Shown here: in pieces, positions 37,067-47,394 of the stretch | Position numbering within the stretch: the first letter of the stretch is position 1 | Layout of the letters: each line of letters opens with the position of its first letter | Assembly (NCBI RefSeq): GCF_021028975.2 | Contig: NC_059427.1 | Coordinates: 8,246,001-8,310,000, forward strand | Length of the DNA stretch: 64,000 nucleotides | Source: Sphaerodactylus townsendi | Taxonomy: Eukaryota | Direction: 5' to 3' | The notes under the pieces: generated by a model | Told to the model about the DNA's origin: nothing | The model's input: the letters and a program-made list of their open reading frames with translations, nothing else | Databases searched by the model: none | Position numbers and translations under genes: made by a program

Positions 37067-39194
37067 ATCCCTGGTTAACAAGGGAGGTTGAGGAAATTAT
37101 TAGGAAAAAAAAGATGTCTTTTAGAAAATGGAAGTCCAACTTAACTGATGAAGAATTCCAGGGAGAACACAAATGGTGGCAAAAGAGAAGCAAGTTAGCT
37201 GTAAGGGAGGCAAAAAAGGATTATGAGGAACGCATGGCTGCGAACATCAAGACTAGCAACAAACAGTTCTTCAAGTACATCAAAAGCAGGAAGCCAGCTA
37301 GGGAAGCGGTAGGCCCGTTAGATGATGAAGGAACAAAAGGTGTGCTAAAAGATGACAGGGAGATTGCAGAGAAGCTGAATGAATTCTTTGCATCTGTCTT
37401 CACCCAAGAGGAGGTGAGGAAAATTCCTGCACCTGAACCAAGCTTCTTAGGAGGTGAATCTGAGGAACTAGTGAAGATAGTGGTAGACAAGGAAGAAGTT
37501 CTGGCAGCCATTGATAAACTAAATGCTACCAAATCCCCTGGCCCAGATTGCATTCATCCAAGAGTTCTTAAAGAGCTCAAGCATGAAATTGCTGATGTTC
37601 TCACATTAATATGCAACTTATCCCTGAAATCAGGCTCCATCCCTGAAGACTGGAAGATGGCCAATGTCACACCAATCTTTAAGAAAGGGTCTAGGGGGGA
37701 CCCAGGAAATTACAGGCCAGTCAGTTTGACATCTGTTCCTGGTAAATTAGTAGAATCTATCATTAAAGATAAAATTATTAAACATGTAGAAAAGCAAGAC
37801 CTGCTGAGGAAGAGTCAGCATGGCTTTTGCAGAGGCAAGTCCTGTCTTACAAACTTACTAGAGTTTTTTGAGGGTGTAAACAGGCATGTGGATAAGGGGG
37901 AACCAGTGGACATTGTCTACTTGGATTTCCAAAAGGCTTTTGACAAAGTTCCTCACCAGAGACTATTGAGAAAACTCAGCAATGAAGGAATAAAAGGGGA
38001 AGTCCTCCTACGGATTAAAACTGGTTGAGGAACAGGAAACAAAGGGTGGGTATAAATGGAAAGTTCTCACAATGGAGAGATGTAGGGAGTGGTGTCCCCC
38101 AGGGATCCGTTTTGGGACCAGTGCTCTTTAACTTATTCATAAATGACCTGGAAGTAGGGGTGGGTAGTATGGTGGCCAAGTTTGCAGATGATACCAAATT
38201 ATGTAGGGTGGTAAGAACCACAAAGGATTGCGAAGAGCTCCAAGTGGACCTTGATAAATTAGGTGAGTGGGCTAAGAAATGGCAAATGCAGTTCAATGTA
38301 GCTAAATGTAAAGTGATGCACATAGGGGCAAAAAATCCAAACTTCACATACACGCTACAGGGGTCAGTGCTATCAGTCACAGACCAGGAAAGGGATTTGG
38401 GCATCTTAGTTGATAGTTCCATGGGAATGTCAACTCAATGCATGGCAGCTGTGAAAAAGGCAAACTCTATGCTGGGGATAATTAGGAAAGGAATTGAGAA
38501 TAAAACTGCAAGGATTGTCATGCCCTTATATAAAGCAGTGGTGCGACCGCACTTGGAGTACTGTGTTCAGTTCTGGTCGCCACATCTCAAAAAGGATATC
38601 GAAGAGATAGAAAAAGTGCAGAGAAGGGCAATGAGGATGATTGAAGGATTGGAGCACCTTCCTTATGAGGAGAGGCTGCAGCGTTTGGGACTCTTTAGTT
38701 TGGAGAGGAGACGTCTGAGGGGGGATATGATTGAAGTCTATAAAATTATGCATGGGGTAGAAAATGTTGACAGAGAGAATTTTTTCTCTCTTTCTCACAA
38801 TACTAGAACCAGGGGGCATCCATTGAAAATGCTGGGGGGAAGAATTAGGACTAATAAAAGGAAACACTTCTTCACGCTACGTGTGATTGGTGTTTGGAAT
38901 ATGCTGCCACAGGAGGTGGTGATGGCCACTAACCTGGATAGCTTTAAAAAGGGCTTGGACAGATTTATGGAGGAGAAGTCAATCTATGGCTACCAATCTT
39001 TATCCTCCTTGATCTCAGATTGCAAATGCCTTAGCAGACCAGGTGCTCAGGAGCAGCAGCAGCAGCAGAAGGCCATTGCTTTCACACCCTGCATGTGAGC
39101 TCCCAAAGGCACCTGGTGGGCCACTGCGAGTAGCAGAATGCTGGACTAGATGGACTCTGGTCTGATCCAGCAGGCTAGTTCTTATGTTCTTATG
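37067..39194 (+). mobile_element. Young 5'-truncated CR1 LINE (RT half of ORF2 plus 3'UTR), one frameshift near 38020, nested in a SINE
   Basis: KSPGPDCIHPRVLKEL, NYRPVSLTS, YLDFQKAFDKVPH, GVPQGSVLGP, FADDTK; (TTCTTATG)2 tail; host SINE halves at ~36998-37066 and 39195-39370. Confidence 0.95.
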
Positions 39195-39420
39195 ATCCTT
39201 CAGCCTACTGGCTGATGTTGCACTAGTCACAGTTCTCTAAAGACTCTCTCAGCCCCAACTACCTCACAAGGTGACTATTATGGGGAGAGGAAGGGAAGGA
39301 GTTTGTAAGCCCCTTTGAGACTCCTTACAGTTGAGAAAAGTGTGGTATAAATCCAAACTCTTCTTCTTTTTCAACTGTGATCAGCCCTGGAGGCCAGAAA
39401 GCTGACCACTCCCTTCTTAC

Positions 39421-39541
39421 CCTGCAGGCTGGCCTCTGGTTCCTCCTCTTCTTTGATGTTGATAGAAAGCTGCCTTGGCTCACCCTCATACAGAGCTTGG
39501 CTTGCCCTGGAGACATTCCTAGCCACCTCCTCCAAGGGCAC
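39421..39541 (-). CDS. Gene 3 internal exon (VPLEEVARNVSRASQALYEGEPRQLSINIKEEEEPEASLQ)
   Basis: ggtacag| acceptor, |gtaag donor, 121 bp, phase 0-1, linking the SCAN exon to the ZNF exon in frame. Confidence 0.75.
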
Positions 39542-40105
39542 CTGTACCAACAGAGAGGAACAGACCCTTTCAGGGCACAGTGATGGAACTGGTTGGGGGG
39601 AAGGAAAGGGGAGGGTTTTGTCCCCCATGGTGATTTTAGTAGCGAGAAGAACAGAGTTGTCTTAATGAATAAAACAGTTAAAGGAATACTTTTGGGGCCC
39701 AGAAGTATAAAACAAACAGAGGAAAAGAAAATTGGAAGCAGCCTGATCCACAAGCTGAGAAGGAACACTCTGGCAGACCAGCTCACAGATGCTATCTGTT
39801 TGGTTTCTAATTTTTTTAAATAACTGCAGTGCAAACAAGCAGAGGGCCTGCCAATTGAGAGGGAGAGTCCAATGCAGATGAAGCACACTTGTAGGAATGT
39901 CCAGGATGGGAAGATACTGAACCCTCTCCAAATCTTAATTGAGTAGGAGGCAACATACCAGCAGGACACCCCAACCTTTTTGACCCCGTGGATACCCTGG
40001 AATTCTGGCACAGGGCACTGGGAAAATCACAACATGGCTGGAAAAGAAGGAAGAGCTAACCACAAAATGTGAGGGAGTTGTATGTAACTCTAAAGCAGCA
40101 ATGTA

Positions 40106-40318
40106 TTGTCGAAGGCTTTCATGGCCAGATTCAACTGGTTGTGGTGGGTTTTCCGGGCTGTGTGGCCGTGGTCTGGTAGATCTTGTTCCTAACGTTTCGC
40201 CTGCATCTGTGGCTGGCATCTTCAGAGGTATAACCCAGAGGGAAGTCTGTTACACACTGTGTCCAGTGGTCACAGATCTACCAGACCACGGCCACACAGC
40301 CCGGAAAACCCACAACAA
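40106..40318. mobile_element. Penelope-like pseudo-LTR fragment with a partial inverted arm
   Basis: Same family as the 33147 and 52115 copies; gatctaccagaccacggccacacagcccggaaaacccac is an inverted copy of part of the left arm. Confidence 0.75.
40188..40228 (-). ncRNA. Minimal type-I hammerhead ribozyme motif (PLE-type)
   Basis: Minus strand cct-CTGAAGA-t-gcc(agccacagatgca)ggc-GAAA-cg-tt-agg: intact core, helix I CCU/AGG, palindromic helix III AACGUU. Confidence 0.65.
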
Positions 40319-40583
40319 TCTAAAGCAACACTTCATCCTTGCAGGCAGAAGTTCTGTGTAACAAGATGCCTTTTAATCTGCACAGACAATTAGAAGTCCT
40401 TGTGGCCAAAAGCCCCACCCACAAAAATGGTATTGGTGGACTCAATGATGTTCATGGGCACCACGCTGGAGAGACCTAGACCAGCCCGTTTCTGCATGGC
40501 CTTTCCTTTTACTTTCCTGATATTGACAGAGATTTTGGTCCCAGTTGCGCTCCAGGCCCTCCCACCCAGCAGAAGGGCCTCAC

Positions 40584-41291
40584 CTGTTTCTCCTGCCTCA
40601 CAAGGAACTCCTCAGCCAGGGCAACGGCTTGGGAGCAGCAAAGGGGGTTGCTCTCCCTCACTCGGCTCTGGATCTCGGCAGGCAGGATGCTCAGCAGTTG
40701 CTCCATGATCAAGAGCTCCAGGATCTGCTCCTTGCTGTGATACTCCACTCTCAGCCACCCACGGCACATTTCCCGCAGTTGGCTGTAGGCCCCTCTTGGC
40801 CCCTCAGTCTCCTGGTAACAGAAACGCCTAAACTGCTGACGCTGCTTCTCTCGGCTTATGACTTCCCCTAATAAGATGGCTGCCTTCACTTTCCCATAAT
40901 CCTCTCTGTCTGGGACATCCAGCCTGCTGAAGGCCTCCTCAGCTTCTCCACTGAGAGCTGGCAGGAGTCGGATTACCCAGTCTTCCTTGGGCCAATGACA
41001 GGCTTTAGCCACTTGCTCAAAGGAAGCCAGAAAGGCCTTAGCATCTTCCCAGGGTGAAGGTTTCTCTGGCAAATGTGAGATTCCCCAGGGAGAGTGGGGT
41101 TTTTCCAAAGTCCTGAGGAACTCCTGCCATTGGGCTTCCCAGTGTGCAAGGGAAAGAGATCCCTTCCTTGCTTGTTGATCCATTAGATCTCCTTGTTTCT
41201 TTTGCAGGAATTCCTCAATACTACCAGCCTGGAGGACATGAGGGGATTTTGCTATTCCTTCTGATGCAATGCTTTGCCCTTCTGTTTTCAT
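40584..41291 (-). CDS. Gene 3 first coding exon: extended SCAN (Gypsy capsid NTD-like region plus SCAN)
   Basis: AFLASFEQVAKACHWPKEDWVIRLLPALSGEAEEAFSRLDVPDREDYGKVKAAIL followed by RQQFRRFCYQETEGPRGAYSQLREMCRGWL...EQILELLIMEQLLSILP; |gtgag donor; 236 codons, phase 0. Confidence 0.9.
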
Positions 41292-41517
41292 GCTGGTTGA
41301 TTGCTCAATTAAACGGTTCTATTAAAATCTGAAAAGAAATTACAGTGCTGTAGTCTGGGCTTCACCCTAGAGAAAAAAAGAAACAGTACAAAGTGAGAAT
41401 GGATAAAAGCAGTAAGGTCATATATATAAAACTTCCTATTAACTACATACATTTAGATTCTTATTTAGATGTTTAGAATTCCATTTAAAGGTTGGAATCA
41501 GGGCTATTGATCTATTC

Positions 41518-41980
41518 CAGCGATGGCGAACCTTTTTGAGACCAAGTGCCCAAATTGCAACCCAAACCCCATTTATTTATCGTAAAGTGCCAACCCGGCA
41601 ACTTAACCTGAATGCTGAGGTTTTAGTTTAGAAAAAACTGGTTGGCTCCCTCTTCCTCCGGCCCACCTGTCGAGCAGGGGCCAGCCTGCTCTAGCCTCCA
41701 GCAAGTCCTGCACGCACCGCTCTGTGCCTCTCTAGAATCTCTGCCTCCTCTGTGCCCCCCCCCCTCGGGCAGCAGCCACCCGGAGCACAGGCACCAGGCC
41801 CGCCAGCCGAGTCCTCCCTGCTCACCGCAGTGCGCGCATGTTGTGCTCAGTGGCCCAGGCCAGCCTAGGTGTGTGTGGGGGGGTGATTTTCCACCCCATG
41901 ACGAACTCTGTGTGCACGTGCCCACAGAGAGGGCTCCGAGTGCCACCTCTGGCACCCGTGCCATAGGTTCGCCATCACTG
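41518..41980 (-). mobile_element. hAT MITE, reverse-oriented close relative of 21383-21853
   Basis: TIR CAGCGATGGCGAACCT / AGGTTCGCCATCACTG; perfect TSD ATCTATTC. Confidence 0.92.
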
Positions 41981-44900
41981 ATCTATTCTGTATGCACCAA
42001 ATACATCATATCAGCAAACATACTCATTCCCTTCAGCCCACGAAGAAAAGGTAGCATACAAAACAAACAAATAAATAAAAATAAAGACTTGGGTGAAACT
42101 GCCTTATACTAAATCAGACCTTCAGGATATCAGCTCCATCCTGTTTGTGCCAACTGCCAGTGGCTTGCCAGAGCCTTTCCTACCATGTTATTTGGGCTGG
42201 CTGAGGATGGAGCTGTCTGAACTGGGGATTTTCTGCATGCACGGTATGGGCTTTACCACAGAATTATGGTCCAGTCTCACTTCCACCCTGCAGAAATCCT
42301 CGTGTTCCAATTCAAGTGCAACCAACAGAGACCAGGACTGAAGAAAATCTACATAGCCCCTGAAGTTCCTTGACCATTCTAGAATGAAGATCTCTACTTA
42401 CATCTCTACACAAACAGACTGCAAGCAGGCAGGAACCCCTCCAACACGTAGTGATGACAGAACAGGAGAAAGCCTGCTCTGCTTGATACTGCTTGCCTGG
42501 ATGGTGAGATGATGTTTGACAAGTGTCCTTGCCCCAATTTTTGATCATTCCAACGCTTAATCTGCATTGCATAAAAGTGTAAACCTTCTCTTTCTTGCAT
42601 CACCACTTGTGAAAACACATGGGGCAGGGGATGGGGGAAAGAAAACTTAAAACCCTTTCCTCACTTGGAGGTTAAAGGGCCTATAGGGTCTACAGCCACC
42701 AAATGTTGTCAATTGGAAGTCAGAAAGAATTGAGGAAGTGGGTGAGAGTGTCTTTCTTTTCAACAGCTTGAGCTTAGCCCTTGAGCATTTGCAGAGTGTA
42801 AACCCCACATTCACAAAATCAGAGTAAAAAAATACAGAGACTTGGGAGAAAGGTACACGTTGACTCTCAGACCCATTTTCCCTCCACTCCAGATTTAAGA
42901 AACCAGAAAAGGCAAGGTTTACACAAGCAGCTGGTAAGTATGAGACTTTCGAGAATCCTGCCCGCATCCTCAGACTGAACAAGAATCTCATACAACTGGT
43001 CAAGCTGGGACTCTGGCACCATGTAATCCACATTTGTTCAGGTGTGGGATATTTTATCCACAAAGTGTCAGGCAAACTGGTTGGGGTGGACCATAAGAAG
43101 TCTGTCTCCTCCCATCTTAATTTATTTTATTATTTATTATTTATTTTATTAAACTTATAGGCCGCCTATCCCCGAAGGGCTTAAGGCTCCTGACCACCTG
43201 GAAGCATTGTGCAGGCCTATATTGTATAGACACAATGGTAGCAGAAAAGTACAATTTCTTCCTCCCCACGGAATAGGATTTGAAATGAGATCTAGCCACC
43301 CAGAACTCCTCAGTTTGACTGCATTTTTGCTATGGTATTCCTTTCCTTACATACCATTTCTTAACATGCCATAGTTAAGGCTTATTATGCTTTGTTAGGA
43401 CCACAGCTCCATTTCAAACTTCTGAAGTTCCTAGCCCTATGCCATTGCTTATTAAATGTCTGCTCCTACTATTTGCATTGATTTACACCTTGAACACCAG
43501 TGAGAAAGGCAAACTGTAAGTGACATAGATCAAACAAAACAAATAAATGTAATCCCCACACAATGGGGTGGGCAGTACAACAACAAAATCCCAGTCCTAT
43601 CTCACAATCCCAAAACTTGCATGTATCAGTGATTTGGGGAGGGGGGTTTGGGGAGCTGTTAACCCCTCACCTAATAGGGCATGGTGATACATACACGGAT
43701 ACATGGTCTGAGAAATCCCTATAACACCCCTGTACAGTAGGACAGGATGATAATACCCATCTTGGAGGTGAAGCGGGGAGTGAGCCTGAGAGAAGTTGTA
43801 GCTTGCTACAGTTATCCTGAATATGTGGCTGTGAGGAAAATTCAGTCAAGGCCTTCCCAGTTTGCTGTATGAACCAATGAATTACACGCATGTAAGGAAA
43901 TATCCTCCAGCCATGGATTGCCCCCATTCCTTCTGTGGATCATCACAACAATCTCTCTGTTCCACATTATAGCTGCCTTTTGTGCGAGGGGTAGCCAACG
44001 GGAAGGATTTTCAATGTTTTTGAATTCTGCATTTGACATTTTTCTGCTCCTAAAATGCAGCCCACTTGAGGGAAGTTTAGCTATGACAGAGAGAACAAGA
44101 AAAGGATTGTGAAAAAGGTTCCTAGGCAATCCTATCGGATGCATCAAGGCTCCAAGCAGGACTTTCCAAGTACAAGAAGAAGAAGAGTTTGGATTTATAC
44201 CCTGCCTTTCTCTCCTGTAAGGACTCTCAAAGCAGCTTACAAACTCCTTCCCTTCTCTACACAACAGACACCTAGTGAGATAGGTGAAGCTGAAAGAGTT
44301 CTGACAGAACTATGACTAGCCCAAGGTCACCAAGCAGGAATGTAGGAGCAGGGAATCAAATCTGGTTCACCAGATAAGGCTCATGCACAGGAGCAGGGAA
44401 TCAAAGCTGCCCTGAGTCCTCCTAGAATTGGTGGGGTGTAAGTACAATAAGTAAACCTGGTCCTCCAGATTAGAGTCCACCTGCTCTTAACCACTACACC
44501 TCTCTGGCAGTGGCTCCTGTTTTCCATTCTCGGGGATTGTCACCTTCTCATTCACCAGACCAGGCAAAAGGAGGAGAGCAAAAGGTGAAAATCTCCATAG
44601 CCCCACATGGCATTCAGCTGAGACCAGTGCAAGAACTCAAGGCAGACAGCCAAAAGGCTCAAGAGTCCACCTCTTTCAGACTGGGTGTGTGTGTGTGTGT
44701 GTCTCCATGGAACCAACTGCATTCCTCCCCCACAACCGCAACACCCTCTCCAACCTTTCCAAATCCTACAGTGATGCCAACATGCCTAATTAAGGTTGCA
44801 AACCAATCGCATGTGCCCGGCACTATATCTGTCGCATGAGTTTAGATCTACAGGGATTGGGGATGATCTCTTGTTGGTCTGGAGGAAAAACTGCCCCTTG

Positions 44901-45249
44901 CTGCTCCTTGGTGTGGGTCCATCTCCAGTTCAGAGGGTCGGGTGCAGAGATAGCAATCCTTTTGGGAAGCTGAGGAGGGGCCAGCCTGACCTTCTCTTTA
45001 GACCCTGCTCTGCACGTAGGACCTAGACAGATCCCTTTGCGGGCTGCCCACCTTCTCCCCCATTCTCCGCCCCACAACTGTTTACCCTTCTAGACATTCC
45101 CCGGTTCCGGCTCCAGCCACGGTCCTCCAACTCTCCAGCAAACAAAGCCGGATCGACACAGGAGGACGTGTGAGGGATTGAGTGTTTTTGGCCCTCCTGA
45201 AGCATCCTAGGAAACGCGGCTCGTTCACTTTAACTCTTTATGGTCCTCG

Positions 45250-46140
45250 TAGAAACAGGGCTGCTTGGTCCCTCGGGGGTTGGGAGACTGCTGCAGATTG
45301 GGAGACCCGCAGCCTGGAGGGAGGGAGGGCGCGCGTTTTGGCCGGGCTGCGGGAGGCGCTGGTTCCGAAAGCCTGAAAAGAGTCCAGAATGGCCTTGACG
45401 TCAGCAGCGTGAGGTCAGACTCGTCGCTCCCCGAACCCGGCTGGTGGCCGCTGTAGCCGCCGCCGCCGCCTCCTCCTCCTTTTCCCGCGCTGCCCATCGG
45501 CGCCTCCTCCGCGCCTCCACTTTCAGCTCTGCCTCCCGGCAAGTCTCCCTGGGCTGGCCGCCGCACCGCAGCCCCTGCGGCGTCCCCGGCACCCTGCGCG
45601 GCTCGGCTCGGCGCTCCTAGAGAGGACATTTCCACCCAAGTAGGTGAAGAGCCAGCGCCGCTTTCTCGCTCCAGCCACGTCCCTAGTGGGGGAGTCGATG
45701 ATCAGCCCTTCCTCTGAGAGAGACGGGGGCGCATCTGCCAGAGGGAGAGGGGAAGGGGGGGTCACGTGTCCCCGGGCGCCCACATGTGATCACGTGGGGG
45801 GGGGCGTCCGGGTACAAAATCCCCCCCCCCCAAGCCCTGTCTGCTGCTGGCCCTGCCAGGCTGCCTGGGACCGCTAGCCCGGCTGAGGGCGCCCGGAGGT
45901 GGGCTCCCAACTCTGGCGCCCAGGGCCCAGCCTGCTCCTGTGCCCCCCCCCCCATCACCCCTCGGGGTCCCAGGCAGCCTGGCTGTGGTAAGTGCGGGGA
46001 GGGGCGCTGGAGCAGGCCGGGCGCCATTTTCTCCCGGTACACCTTCACACATCCCCAAGTTTGAGACCTTCCACCGTTGCTGACGTGGATGCCCCCCCTA
46101 CAAATGCAAAAACCAAGGTCAAGCTGCTTGTGGTGAGCTT
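45250..46140. promoter_or_regulatory. CpG island, probable bidirectional promoter (gene 3 on minus, transposase gene on plus)
   Basis: Very high CpG; CRE TGACGTCA 45396; E-boxes GTCACGTG 45761 and TCACGTG 45790; YY1-like GCGCCATTTT 46021; plus-strand donors gtaagt 45988 and gtgagc 46133. Confidence 0.7.
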
Positions 46141-46211
46141 TTGGATTTGGACATTTGCAGGGCAACATGTGAGCTGTTCTTTTCTTTTTAACCATTGGTG
46201 TTGCCATTCTC

Positions 46212-46510
46212 CAGAGGCGTAGCTGGTCCATACTGCGCCCAGTGTGCACTCTGTGTTTTCTGCTCCCCCGTGCCGCCCTTCCATATGCCGTTCACCTCCC
46301 TTACCTTAGTTTAGCTTGGAAAAAGCAGCCTGTTCCCTTGGGGCTTGCAAGTTCTCCTGGGAAATGTAGTTTCCACCAGGCTGTTTTCAGCCTGAAGGGA
46401 ACAGGCCGCTCCTCCAGTCTGCTCTGTTTCACCAATGTAAGCAGGGGGGTGGGGAGAGAAGAGGGGTGATTTTCTGCCCCAGGCGTGTGCCCGATGCAAC
46501 GCGCATCCCT
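46212..46510. mobile_element. hAT MITE (TIR CAGAGGCGTAGCT), right end deleted in this copy
   Basis: The corresponding element in copy B (57587-57896) retains both TIRs and the TSD. Confidence 0.7.
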
Positions 46511-47394
46511 TATATTTAAGGAAATGTTGAAGGACCTGATAGCTAGAAATGCAACTGGTGTGTGCTGAATTGTAGACTTCAGGGGTATCTAATGGCTAGG
46601 ATTAATGTAGATAAATAAGTGGGTGTCTAATGGCTAGTATTAATGTAGATAAATAAACAGTAGATTGTTAGCTCAGCCCAGTGGGGCACTGTTGAGTTCT
46701 GGGCCAAAAAGACTTACTGAGTCTGTCTCCTGGGGTTTCAGTGAGGATAACTTCTTGTAGGCTATGTCCTCTAGGTTGTGGTTGAGCAGCATAGCAACCT
46801 AGATAAGATGAGAAATTAGAAAGTGGGTTTGGAAAAGTTTTTAAATGGGATGGTCTAGAGAAATGTTCTGCAAATGTACCAGAGCCCTTTGGGGGTGGGC
46901 GGTCTATTAAATCTAAAATATAAATACATAAATTACTCACTGCTTTTTATAAAAGGTCTGATCCCCACAGTCAGAATAATAACATTATGCCTTCTTAAAA
47001 GACTTTCTTCCTGTTGCATGTACATCTGAATGCTTATTAGTCTGTCACTGTGTTGCCAACTGGCCTGCAGATATAAATCCTGGGTCTGTTGCAGCCAATT
47101 GCTCTGATCTGTGTTTCAGTAAGATTCTGTTTTAAGGAGGCTTACGTGGTGAACTAGATTAGCTTGTGCACTGCCACACATGCCAACTTGCCTGCATTGC
47201 AACACTGTCTTCCTGTTGCACGTGCCTCTAAAGCATGTAATTTGTTAGGGATAACACTACAGCCTCTCTACCATGTATGCTCTGCCTGCCTCTCTACAGT
47301 TCACAGCTTTCTCCTGCATTGGCACGTTTGTTGGAGATGTAAAATGTCCTTCATTATCACAGGTGAAAAGCAGTTGGTGTGTGCAGCTACCACA

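Noticed and set aside
45225-46284. Multiple overlapping ORFs in the CpG islands (also 55031-55936, 35074-35887, 41623-42112)
   Set aside because: Low-complexity GC-rich frames without domains, not frame-conserved between the duplicates, or lying within MITEs.
46580-46591. caggggtatcta as the left TIR of the transposase element
   Set aside because: Only a gapped partial match to the right end at 62117-62130, and no TSD; too weak to call.
47164-47394. 77-aa N-terminal extension of the 950-aa ORF
   Set aside because: It begins at a non-ATG codon, lies mostly upstream of a good splice acceptor (47362), and its frame is not kept in copy B. ATG 47395 has the strong Kozak context.
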